Assembly: GCA_037189525.1 (NCBI GenBank)
Contig: JBBCJC010000008.1
Location: 1 to 15,609 of the forward strand
Reading direction: 5' to 3'
Length of the DNA: 15,609 nucleotides
Source of the DNA: Gemmatimonadales bacterium
Lineage (GTDB): Bacteria; Gemmatimonadota; Gemmatimonadetes; Gemmatimonadales; GWC2-71-9
A program made the translations under genes and the position numbers. Below the pieces are notes generated by a model, which was given only the letters and a program-made list of their open reading frames with translations, ran no database searches and was not told where the DNA came from. Numbering within the stretch: the stretch's first letter is position 1; each line of letters opens with the position of its first letter. Positions 1 through 8,071 of this stretch are shown here, in pieces.

Positions 1-141
1 GCCGCCCGCGAGGAAGCGAAGGAGTTGAAGAAGCGGATCGACGTAGGCGAAGACCCTATGGCCGAGGTTGAGGCCGACAGGGATGCGAAGACCGTCGCGG
101 ACCTGTGCCAGCGTTTCGAAGAAGAACACCTCGCCAAAAAA
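1..141 (+). repeat. Terminal overlap, copy 1 (circular contig junction)
   Basis: GCCGCCCGCGAG...CTCGCCAAAAAA is identical to 15469-15609 and lies in the middle of the integrase gene. Confidence 0.97.
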
Positions 142-1044
142 CGCCCTGCAACGCAGCGCGACTATAAGGCGCTGATGAAGCGTGAAATCCTTCCCGCGTT
201 CAAGCACAAGAAGGTGACGGAAGTCGAGTTCACCGACATTGACGGCCTGCACCGCAAGATCAGCAAGCGCGCGCCCTATCTGGCGAACCGCACCGTCGCT
301 GTCCTGTCAAAGATGTTCGCGCTGGCGATCCGGTGGAAATGGCGCACCGACAATCCGGCGAAGGGTATCGAGCGCAACGAGGAGCAGAAGCGTCACCGAT
401 ACCTGTCGCCGGCAGAGTTGAAGAACCTCACCAGTGCGCTCGCTGCGATGCTGGACCATCAGGGCGCGAACATCATCCGCATGTTGCTGCTTACTGGCGC
501 GCGCAAGGGTGAAGTTCTGGCCGCGCGCTGGGAACAGTTCGACCTTAGCGAAGGCGTCTGGACGAAACCGGGCAGCACGACGAAACAGAAGACACTGCAC
601 CGCGTGCCCCTATCGGCTCCTGCCCGCCAGTTGCTTGCGGGGCTTCGAGAGAGCGCGAAGGACAACGCGGAGTATGTATTTCCGGGTCGAGGCGGCAAGG
701 GCAGCCGCGAGGAAATCAAAAAGGCGTGGCATGATGTCTGTGTCGCTGCCGGCATCGTAACCACGGAAGTCGAAAAGCTCCCCAATGGCCGTGAGCGCAT
801 CGTGGTAAAGCCTTCGGCTCGCATCCACGATCTGCGCCACACATACGCCTCCGTGCTGGCGAGTGCAGGCCTGTCCCTGCCGATCATAGGCGCGCTGCTG
901 GGACACTCGCAGCCGGCGACCACGGCGCGCTACAGCCACCTGATGGACGACCCGCTGCGGCAAGCCACCGAGCGTGTTGGTGCAATCGTGATGTCGTCAC
1001 ACGGTAACGGCGCGGAGATCGTGCCGATGAAAGGGGGCGCATGA
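1..1044 (+). CDS. int: Tyrosine integrase (P4-like), core-binding and catalytic domains
   Basis: Catalytic motifs LLTGARKGE, TKQK, HDLRH, LLGH and TARYSH are all intact. Confidence 0.96.
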   Translation, partial: AAREEAKELKKRIDVGEDPMAEVEADRDAKTVADLCQRFEEEHLAKKRPATQRDYKALMKREILPAFKHKKVTEVEFTDIDGLHRKISKRAPYLANRTVAVLSKMFALAIRWKWRTDNPAKGIERNEEQKRHRYLSPAELKNLTSALAAMLDHQGANIIRMLLLTGARKGEVLAARWEQFDLSEGVWTKPGSTTKQKTLHRVPLSAPARQLLAGLRESAKDNAEYVFPGRGGKGSREEIKKAWHDVCVAAGIVTTEVEKLPNGRERIVVKPSARIHDLRHTYASVLASAGLSLPIIGALLGHSQPATTARYSHLMDDPLRQATERVGAIVMSSHGNGAEIVPMKGGA

Positions 1045-1712
1045 TGGACGGAAAGAAACTCGACCAAGACCCAATGCAGATGCCTTCATGGTCTATAGGC
1101 ATGGCCTGCGTCTGGATTGTCAACCGAACGTCGGAAGCATCGGGCAGGCTGTGGGAAGGCAGCTTGGAAGATGCGCTTCTCAATCACGATGACAGCCCGA
1201 ATGACGAAATCCAGAACGCGAGAACGGAGCTTATCAACGCTCTTACGACCGGCGACGTGCAGGCTACTGGCCTGCTGCCGAACGGGCAGCGCGCGCCTAT
1301 CCCTGCGCTGGAGTGGGAGGACATGACCTTTTCCTATGACTTGCGCAATGATGACGGTCTTGTTCAGCGGGCCACAAGCGCTGACGGCAGCCTCTATACA
1401 TATATTCGCCTCGGCCGGCAGGCCGTCCTAGAGCGATGGCCTGCTGAGGCCAGTCGCACGGCCGACGTAATCACTTTCCCAGCCTGCCGACGACGCGGCC
1501 GCCGGCCCGCGTATGATTGGTCTGCGCTAGAAACTGCATATTGGCGAGAAGTGCAACTTCGGGGGACGCCAGATCCACTCAATGAGGATGGATGGCAAAC
1601 TCAAGCCGACGTGGAGCGCTGGATTGTGCAGCAACGCGAATTCAGACAGGCCAGCACGTCAACGGTAAGGCGATATGCTCGCGCTTGGCTTAATCAGGTT
1701 CACAAATCCTAA
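1041..1712 (+). CDS. Hypothetical protein, possible C-terminal DNA-binding region
   Basis: 223 aa, ATGA-coupled to int. Basic RRRGRRPAYDW segment and an HTH-like end (QADVERWI...STSTVRRYARAW). Confidence 0.7.
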   Translation: MMDGKKLDQDPMQMPSWSIGMACVWIVNRTSEASGRLWEGSLEDALLNHDDSPNDEIQNARTELINALTTGDVQATGLLPNGQRAPIPALEWEDMTFSYDLRNDDGLVQRATSADGSLYTYIRLGRQAVLERWPAEASRTADVITFPACRRRGRRPAYDWSALETAYWREVQLRGTPDPLNEDGWQTQADVERWIVQQREFRQASTSTVRRYARAWLNQVHKS

Positions 1713-1718
1713 GGTCGA

Positions 1719-1743
1719 TTGCGGACCTTTGCGGACCTTTGTG
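1719..1743 (+). repeat. Tandem 10-bp repeat TTGCGGACCT x2 (+TTG) upstream of alpA/xis
   Basis: Seen directly. Shares the TGCGGAC core with the attP arm-type repeats. Confidence 0.75.
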
Positions 1744-1773
1744 AGCCGACAGTTTGCTTATGACCTGAATATT

Positions 1774-1813
1774 CATCTGCTGTCACTTCAACAGAAGGAA
1801 CAGACAGCAGATG
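1774..1813 (+). promoter_or_regulatory. 11-bp perfect inverted repeat burying the alpA/xis start codon
   Basis: CATCTGCTGTC (1774-1784) pairs with GACAGCAGATG (1803-1813), whose last three bases are the ATG. Confidence 0.6.
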
Positions 1814-2017
1814 TCCTTGCTTCAAGACTACCTGACACGCGATGAACTCGCCGCCGAACTTCGCGTTACGCCTCGCACTATCATGCGCTGGCAGAACCAG
1901 CCGGACGGATTGCCCTATACCGAGTTGGGGGCGCGTATTTTCTACCGCCGCCAGACGGTCCTTGCATGGATCGAGACGCGAGAGCGTCATCCGAACCAGC
2001 GTCGGAGGGCGGCATAA
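1811..2017 (+). CDS. AlpA/excisionase-like winged-HTH DNA-binding protein
   Basis: 68 aa with the pattern YLTRDELAAELRVTPRTIMRW...GLPYTELGARIFYRRQTVLAWI, typical of HTH_17/AlpA/Xis. RBS GAAGGA. Confidence 0.88.
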   Translation: MSLLQDYLTRDELAAELRVTPRTIMRWQNQPDGLPYTELGARIFYRRQTVLAWIETRERHPNQRRRAA

Positions 2018-2259
2018 TGGCGGCGTCCGATTTCCAGCCCACGCCGGCCATGGTGGCTGCTGTTGTCGAGTGGCAGGAACGCCGGCCAGATGATCGCATC
2101 AGGCGGCCGCTTGTTCCCTTCCTCCGCGAAAAGTTCAACATCAGCAACGCCGAGGCGATTGCCGTTCTTCGCGTCTCGCCTGGCCCGGATGAACATGCCG
2201 ACCTGAAGGCCCGCATCATTTCGGCCATTCTCCAGGGTGGAGGTCTCGATGCTGCCTGA
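2017..2259 (+). CDS. Hypothetical protein (80 aa)
   Basis: TAATG coupling to the previous gene and GGAGG RBS. Start revised from 1966 to 2017. Confidence 0.7.
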   Translation: MAASDFQPTPAMVAAVVEWQERRPDDRIRRPLVPFLREKFNISNAEAIAVLRVSPGPDEHADLKARIISAILQGGGLDAA

Positions 2260-2449
2260 CAAGCGAAAGCCCACCACGGGCAAGGTGGCGGGCTTCCTGA
2301 TGTCTACCGATGCTCTCAGGATCGATGCTCAGGAAGATAGTCCGAACCCTCGTGAACTGCAAGTTCATCGGCTCCGTCGCCGGTGGCCGAACCTGTCTCT
2401 GCCGCTGGCGCGCGCCGTGGCCGAACTCGCATTCGGGAGGGCGGCATGA
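2249..2449 (+). CDS. Hypothetical protein (66 aa)
   Basis: GGAGGT RBS before ATG 2249. Stop is ATGA-coupled to the next gene. Confidence 0.65.
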   Translation: MLPDKRKPTTGKVAGFLMSTDALRIDAQEDSPNPRELQVHRLRRRWPNLSLPLARAVAELAFGRAA

Positions 2450-2712
2450 ACATTGTATCCTTCCCGAACTTCATCGCCGTTGAAATCAACGGCTGCACGG
2501 TGCAGTCCGCTACCATCACGGACGCAAACGGCACCCGTCCCGTTCTGACCGACGTTGGACGCTTCTTCTACTTCGTTGACGTGATCGAGCGTGACGGTGG
2601 CCGAATTGGCATGTGGCATGGCACCGACCACGCGGAGGCTGTTCGGCAGGCCAATATTCTCGCCATCGATTTCGGCGGAAAGGTTCATGATCGGACGGGA
2701 GGCGCGGCATGA
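2446..2712 (+). CDS. Hypothetical protein (88 aa)
   Basis: GGAGG RBS and ATGA overlaps at both ends. Confidence 0.7.
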   Translation: MNIVSFPNFIAVEINGCTVQSATITDANGTRPVLTDVGRFFYFVDVIERDGGRIGMWHGTDHAEAVRQANILAIDFGGKVHDRTGGAA

Positions 2713-3230
2713 TCCCGCTCCCCGACCTCTCCCTCTACAAGCCGTTGGCCGAAGATCAGATGGGCTGGCTTCTCCGCTCCGGCGTTTCGGTGGAGACGAT
2801 TGGCGATGCGATGCCATTGCGTGTCGCATGCGGGGTCGTGGCCCGTGACGGTCGGTTCGATGATCGCGTGGACGGCCAGAACTTCATTGTGTTCCCCGAG
2901 CAGGAAGACGTGGTGTTCTGGCAGCCGCGTTCGGGCGAATTGGCGTCGTGGAACGGGCGCGCCTTCGCCTTGAACGAAGGTGCAGTCACCAATCCGGAGA
3001 CATACAGTTTCGATTGCAATCTGAATGTCTGGCCTGACCCCCTCATGTGGCTCAGGGCGAAGCGCGACGGTTGCGTCGTTCTCGATTGGGCGCGGGCATG
3101 GTCCCGCCTTCAGGATGTTCCCCGCGTTGCTGTGCATGAAAGCCTGCTGCTCTCCTATCGCCGGCACATGAAGCCGCCTCGCGGACCTGAAACCTTTGTC
3201 CTGACCGATAGTCTGGCGGTGGCCGCATGA
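2709..3230 (+). CDS. Hypothetical protein, possibly a divergent primase/Toprim-like replication partner
   Basis: 173 aa, coupled directly upstream of the helicase in the position PICIs use for pri. The function is inferred from position only. Confidence 0.5.
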   Translation: MIPLPDLSLYKPLAEDQMGWLLRSGVSVETIGDAMPLRVACGVVARDGRFDDRVDGQNFIVFPEQEDVVFWQPRSGELASWNGRAFALNEGAVTNPETYSFDCNLNVWPDPLMWLRAKRDGCVVLDWARAWSRLQDVPRVAVHESLLLSYRRHMKPPRGPETFVLTDSLAVAA

Positions 3231-4285
3231 CCGAGCCTATTCCCCTTGAAGTCTATGAGAGGGACACGCCGCCGCAACCGCGGTTGCACTTCTTGTCATA
3301 TACGGAAATGGAGCGCCTTCCTGAACCGGAATGGTTGGTGGAAGGGGTCATTCAGAAGCGCAGCGCTGCGCTGATGTTCGGGAAGTCCAACAGCTTCAAG
3401 AGCTTTCTCGCCATTGATATCGGCCTGTCTGTCGAGGCAGGCCGCTCATGGCATGGAAATGCGGTATCGCCCGGTGGGGTGTTGTTCGTTGCCACTGAGG
3501 GGGCCAACGGCGTCGGACGGCTGCGTATCCCTTCATGGTATGAACGCCACGGCGTTGCTCGCGATCGACGTAGTGCATTCCTCTACCCGAAGGAAATCAG
3601 GCTCGACGTGGCCGATGATGTTTCCGCGCTGATCGGCGCTATGAAGACATCGGGGCCATTCTCCCTCATGGTCCTCGATATCTTCGGCGGCTCGATGGCC
3701 GGTTCCGAAATCGAGGACCAGACAGCGCGCCGTTGGGTTCATGGCATCCAGCGCATCTTGCGGGAAACCGAAGCTGCTATCCTGACTGTCGCCCATACAG
3801 GGTGGCAGGATGATACCAGAGCCCGAATGCATACCCATTTCTGGGGCAGCTTCGATACCCGTATGCGTGTCGAGGGCGACAAGGATGCTATGACCAGCAC
3901 CTTGACCATAGAGCGGCACAAGGACGCCGACAGCGCCGGTCAGTGGGGGTTCAGGATGGCTCAGGCGGGCGACAGCCTCGTTCCCGAGCGAGACGACGCC
4001 GTGAAGCCTTCCAAGGCTCGCAATCTGACCGTGAAGCAGCGGACGGCGCTAGAAGCCCTTGATGACGCCTTGCAGGCGCACGGCACGATCAGGACAGGTT
4101 CCGACTGGCCGCCTTGCAAGGTCGTTCCCGTAGAGCGATGGCGGGAAGCGGCGTACCGGCACGGCATCACGGACAGCGATAAGCCAGATAGTCGCAAAAA
4201 GGCATTCCAGCTTCAGCGTGATGCCCTGTTAGACAAAGGCATTATCCGCATATTTGATGAGCATGTCTGGCGGTGTTTCACATGA
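3227..4285 (+). CDS. AAA_25/RSF1010 RepA-like replicative helicase with C-terminal domain
   Basis: PEWLVEGVI lead-in, Walker A GKSNSFKS, VLFVATEG, Walker B LMVLDIF and AHTG motif. Confidence 0.85.
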   Translation: MTEPIPLEVYERDTPPQPRLHFLSYTEMERLPEPEWLVEGVIQKRSAALMFGKSNSFKSFLAIDIGLSVEAGRSWHGNAVSPGGVLFVATEGANGVGRLRIPSWYERHGVARDRRSAFLYPKEIRLDVADDVSALIGAMKTSGPFSLMVLDIFGGSMAGSEIEDQTARRWVHGIQRILRETEAAILTVAHTGWQDDTRARMHTHFWGSFDTRMRVEGDKDAMTSTLTIERHKDADSAGQWGFRMAQAGDSLVPERDDAVKPSKARNLTVKQRTALEALDDALQAHGTIRTGSDWPPCKVVPVERWREAAYRHGITDSDKPDSRKKAFQLQRDALLDKGIIRIFDEHVWRCFT

Positions 4286-4298
4286 TGGCCGATGCAGG

Positions 4299-4399
4299 CG
4301 GGAAGCGGGAAGTGTCTATATACACACTTCCCGTTCCTTCCCGTCTACGCTGCAATCGGGATGGTCGGGAAGTTTCCCGTTCCTTCCCGTTCCTTCCCG
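4299..4399. repeat. Putative replication origin: TTCCCG/CGGGAA iterons and palindrome
   Basis: TTCCCG at 4328, 4338, 4374, 4384 and 4394 (10-bp period within each cluster). CGGGAA at 4299, 4306 and 4366. Perfect inverted repeat CGGGAAGTGT-ctatatac-ACACTTCCCG at 4306-4333. Lies immediately after the helicase and before an AT-rich tract. Confidence 0.8.
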
Positions 4400-4594
4400 T
4401 TTATGGAAGACCTGAAAATTCAGGGCTGTTTGTCCTCGCGACACACAAACCATTTTCGCGGCTTTTTCTTCGATCTGCCATCTATCCCCGTCACGTCTGA
4501 AATTGTGTGAAAAAGTATGACACTGATTTGTTATCAGTAGACATATCCCGACAACTATATTGATATCACTTGTATTTTTCTCAATCTATGCCTT

Positions 4595-4614
4595 TGTGTC
4601 CGCACTGTATCCGC
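4595..4614 (-). promoter_or_regulatory. Arm-type repeat pair upstream of the packaging operon
   Basis: Reverse complement GCGGATACAGTGCGGACACA matches 15231-15250 at 17/20 positions. Confidence 0.55.
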
Positions 4615-4628
4615 GATGAGCGAGTGAA

Positions 4629-5030
4629 ATGACGGCAGAAGCGGCAACGATAGAGACAGAAAGGCCGATAGATACCGGTGGGAAGCAAGGCGGCAAGACT
4701 CGCCTTCTGACGCTTGATGATCTGGACGGACGCACGCGAGCGGCTCAGCACGTCAAGGATACGCGGCTAGAGGTCATTGCCGATCTAGGAGGGGATGATC
4801 GGCTTTCTTCGCTAGAGCGTGCTGCCGTCGATCACGTCTCCCTGCTTGATGCGATGACGAAGGATGCAGGTGCTCGCTGGCTCATGGGCGAACCTATCGA
4901 CGTGGCGAGCATCGCAACGTTGGTGAACGCCTTCAATCGGACGGCGACCGTTCTCGGATGGAAACGACGAGCCACTAACGTAACCCCGTCATTGGGAGAA
5001 TATGCGTTGATGAAACAGGAGACCCGCTGA
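4629..5030 (+). CDS. Putative terminase small subunit
   Basis: 133 aa, helical, with motif LDGRT...ADLGG..RLS..ER...N...R....LG..RR..NVTPSL.EY. First gene of the operon containing TerL. Confidence 0.55.
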   Translation: MTAEAATIETERPIDTGGKQGGKTRLLTLDDLDGRTRAAQHVKDTRLEVIADLGGDDRLSSLERAAVDHVSLLDAMTKDAGARWLMGEPIDVASIATLVNAFNRTATVLGWKRRATNVTPSLGEYALMKQETR

Positions 5031-5923
5031 TGAGCGAGGAAACCACACTCACATTGGATCAGGCTGCCGAGATAGATTTCGCTGATGAAGGCGCGGGCAA
5101 CCTCGTTCCTGTCCAGCAGCCGGCACAGGAGGATCACTATGACCCGCCCTATGAGCCGGAAGGCGAGTTGCATACCGACAATGCCCTGACGCTGGATCAA
5201 GCCGTCGCCCTGTACGATGACGGCGAGAATGAAGACGGCAACCGAAAGGCCGCGCCTCAATCCGCCGCAGCGGTGATCGACGGCAAGACGGTCACGATGG
5301 CCGATCTGGTGCAGGGGTACGTCAGTTGGCGGCGTGCGATGCACTTTGTCAGCCGCCTAGAGGAAGAATATGAAGCCGTGCAGGCCGCCGCTGATGGCGT
5401 TGTGTCGAGCGCATGGGAGTTGTCCCGTTTCATGGTCGGGCAGATGCCCCCTGAGCCGGACATGTGGTTACTTCAGATGAACCCGGATGAGTACGTTCGG
5501 ATGAAGGCTCAGCATGATCAGGCGCTTGGTAGCGTTCACCACGTTCTAGGGCAGGCCCAGCATGCCAGGGCGTCCGCATCGGCATTGCAGGAACGCTATC
5601 GCGACATGAACTTGCAGACTGAGAATGCCCGGTTGGTCCAGCACTTCCCCGAGACGGCTGATACGAACCAGCGGCATGCATTCTTCAACCGAATGCTGGA
5701 TGTCGCAGCCGCTTGCGGCTTCAACCGGGCCGAGTTTGAGCAGGTGGTTGATCACCGGATATTCCGGCTCGGCGCGTTGGCATTGAAGGGCATGGAGGCG
5801 ATTGCCGAGCCTCCCAAGACGAAGGAACGTCGCCGCCACCGCCGGCAGAGGTATAGCGATGCGATGGAGAAATTGGCCCGCACAGGCTCCATTGAAGACG
5901 CCTTGGCGATTGATTTCGAGTAG
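5030..5923 (+). CDS. Putative podovirus-type capsid scaffolding protein
   Basis: Acidic, disordered N-terminus. Motifs IDGKTVTMADLVQGY, PPEPD..LL..NPDEY, GF...E...VVDHR and C-terminal AMEKLARTGSIEDALAIDFE, a succession I recognise from short-tailed phage scaffolds. Confidence 0.65.
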   Translation: MSEETTLTLDQAAEIDFADEGAGNLVPVQQPAQEDHYDPPYEPEGELHTDNALTLDQAVALYDDGENEDGNRKAAPQSAAAVIDGKTVTMADLVQGYVSWRRAMHFVSRLEEEYEAVQAAADGVVSSAWELSRFMVGQMPPEPDMWLLQMNPDEYVRMKAQHDQALGSVHHVLGQAQHARASASALQERYRDMNLQTENARLVQHFPETADTNQRHAFFNRMLDVAAACGFNRAEFEQVVDHRIFRLGALALKGMEAIAEPPKTKERRRHRRQRYSDAMEKLARTGSIEDALAIDFE

Positions 5924-5927
5924 CGCC

Positions 5928-7382
5928 ATGCAGCAGCCGGTTATCACCTTCGCCGACGCATGCCTTGACCCGAACCTGTTTGGAGACTGGTTCGCGGGGG
6001 AGACGTGGGCCAACTGGCGGGTGATCGACAAGGCGATGTTCGGGGAGCCGCTGACAGATGAAGAGCTTACCGTGCTTCAGGAGCTTACCGGGCGGGATAG
6101 CGCCCCGGATGAGGCAGCGAAGGAAATCTGGCTGATCGTCGGTCGTCGTGGCGGCAAGGACGTGAAAAGCTCTGCGCTGGCGTCGTATCTCGCGACGATT
6201 GGCGTTGATCGGTATGGCTGGCGAAACCGGCTTGTCGGGGGCGAGCGTGGCGTTGTCCAGCTTCTAGCTGTTGACCGCGATCAAGCGAAGGTGGCTTTCC
6301 GCTACATCTCAAGCATGTTCGAAAAGCCGATACTCGCGCAGATGGTCGCGCGGGACACGGCCGACACAATCGAATTGAAGAACGGCTTCGCCATTGAGGT
6401 GACGACTTCTGATCAGCGCCGTGTTCGGGGTCGCACTGTGGTCGCCGCTATTTTCGATGAGGTCGCGTTCTGGAAAAGCGAGAATACCAACTCTCCGGAC
6501 GTGGACGTTTACCACGCCGTCAAACCCGCAATGGCGACGATGCCCGGCGCGATGATAATCGGGATTTCCTCGCCCTATGCCCGTAAGGGGCTGCTCTGGC
6601 GACAGCACCAGCGGCATTACGGCAAGGAAGGCAGGGTGCTTGTCGTGAAGGCCCCGACATGGGTGATGAACCCGACAGTCGGGCGCGATAGTGAGACGAT
6701 CCTTGCCGCCTACGAGGAAGACCCGGAGGCGGCCCGCGCGGAGTTCGGCGCGGAGTTTCGCGACGACATTTCGGCCTTCGTTCCCCGCGATGCAGTAGAG
6801 GCTTGCATAGAGGCCGGTGTGCGCGAGCGGCCGCCTCAACGTCAATTCCGCTATGTCGGGTTTGTCGATCCCTCGGGCGGTTCGGCGGACAGCATGACGA
6901 TGGCGATAGCGCACAAAGAAGGTGACACGGCCATTCTCGACGTGTTGCGGGAGGTTCGGCCGCCGTTCTCGCCCGAGGCTATCTGTGCCGAGTTCGCCGA
7001 GCTTCTGAAGCAATATCGCCTGTCTCAGGTGACGGGCGACCGATACGCCGGGGAATGGGTGAAGGAGCCATTTCGCCGTAAGGGCATATTCTATCAGGCG
7101 AACGCGGCCCCGAAATCGGACCTGTATCGCGATCTGCTTCCGCTCATCAACTCCCGCTCCGTTGATCTCCTGGTGCATGACCGGATGGTGAACCAGCTTT
7201 GCGGCCTTGAGCGCAAGACCGGTCGATCAGGGAAAGATAGCATCGACCACGCCCCGGGATGTCATGACGACGTAGCGAACGCGGTGGCGGGCGCTCTGAC
7301 ATTGGCAATGCAATCGCCCGGTTCTGGAGCCCACGATAATTCCGCTTGGCAACAAAGTTGGAAGCCTCGCGAAGTCGTCTGA
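5928..7382 (+). CDS. terL: Terminase large subunit (484 aa)
   Basis: Walker A GRRGGKD, Walker B AAIFDEVAFW, motif C ISSP. RNase H-like nuclease acids in FVDPSGG..DS, GDRYAG and HDDVANA. Start revised to ATG 5928. Confidence 0.9.
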   Translation: MQQPVITFADACLDPNLFGDWFAGETWANWRVIDKAMFGEPLTDEELTVLQELTGRDSAPDEAAKEIWLIVGRRGGKDVKSSALASYLATIGVDRYGWRNRLVGGERGVVQLLAVDRDQAKVAFRYISSMFEKPILAQMVARDTADTIELKNGFAIEVTTSDQRRVRGRTVVAAIFDEVAFWKSENTNSPDVDVYHAVKPAMATMPGAMIIGISSPYARKGLLWRQHQRHYGKEGRVLVVKAPTWVMNPTVGRDSETILAAYEEDPEAARAEFGAEFRDDISAFVPRDAVEACIEAGVRERPPQRQFRYVGFVDPSGGSADSMTMAIAHKEGDTAILDVLREVRPPFSPEAICAEFAELLKQYRLSQVTGDRYAGEWVKEPFRRKGIFYQANAAPKSDLYRDLLPLINSRSVDLLVHDRMVNQLCGLERKTGRSGKDSIDHAPGCHDDVANAVAGALTLAMQSPGSGAHDNSAWQQSWKPREVV

Positions 7383-7399
7383 AAACAGGAGAGATTTCG

Positions 7400-8071
7400 A
7401 TGCTGAATGATGATGACATTGATGTCGAGTTTGAAAAGCTAAGGAAAGAACGCGGCATCTTTCCTTATGTGACTGTGATCGATCTCAAAACAGGTGAAAT
7501 ATCCACTTGCCGCCGCGAGGATGCCAAGAGAGATATCGATTTCGGCAGCGTCATAGAAACGGTGCCGGCAGACCCCGACCATGCGAAAATCTGGCTCGCA
7601 AAGCTCCATTCGGACGTCATGGAGCAGATGAGAGCCAAGGGCGCATGGCAGCCGTCCGAATATCTTGGCCGTGAGATGAGTGACATCGATGTTTTCGATG
7701 ACTGGTCCGCGTGGTGTGGCACAAACGGCTTTCGCTCGCTCCCTGTCGAGGATGTCAATGTTTTGGTGCGCTATCTCATCGAAAGACATCGTGATGGCGT
7801 TCAGGAGTCTTATGTGCGCCGCTACGCCACCATCGTCAGCAGGTTTCACGAATGCACGAAACATCCAGTGCTTGACGGGGGGAAGCTGACCCGGACCAGT
7901 CTTTCCAGAAAAGCGGAGGACGCCTTCTCCCGCGCTCTGAGCTTCGCCAGAAACCGCTTGTCCGCCGAGGAGCGGAGCATCCATCTCGCCGGGCAAGCCG
8001 TCGCGGCGCGTGCGCTGGAGATGTTCCCTGACGGCGATATTCCGAGGCATTCGCATGAAATCGCGGCATGA
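7400..8071 (+). CDS. Protein with an orphan tyrosine-recombinase core-binding (SAM-like) domain
   Basis: AGGAG RBS. The segment DDWSAWCGTNGFRSLP...VLVRYLIERHRDGVQESYVRRYATIVSRFH resembles Cre-like N-terminal domains. No catalytic domain follows. Confidence 0.6.
   Translation: MLNDDDIDVEFEKLRKERGIFPYVTVIDLKTGEISTCRREDAKRDIDFGSVIETVPADPDHAKIWLAKLHSDVMEQMRAKGAWQPSEYLGREMSDIDVFDDWSAWCGTNGFRSLPVEDVNVLVRYLIERHRDGVQESYVRRYATIVSRFHECTKHPVLDGGKLTRTSLSRKAEDAFSRALSFARNRLSAEERSIHLAGQAVAARALEMFPDGDIPRHSHEIAA

Noticed and set aside
1..141. Terminal repeat as a biological DTR or attL/attR
   Set aside because: It falls mid-integrase and its length matches an assembler k-mer overlap. It shows circularity only.
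4299..4399. CRISPR array or coding ORFs 4273..4500 and 4292..4510
   Set aside because: The repeats are 6-10 bp without spacers and there are no cas genes. The ORFs merely translate the iterons.
5802..5927. N-terminal extension of TerL from the ORF track
   Set aside because: It overlaps the scaffold gene. ATG 5928 just after the scaffold stop is more plausible.
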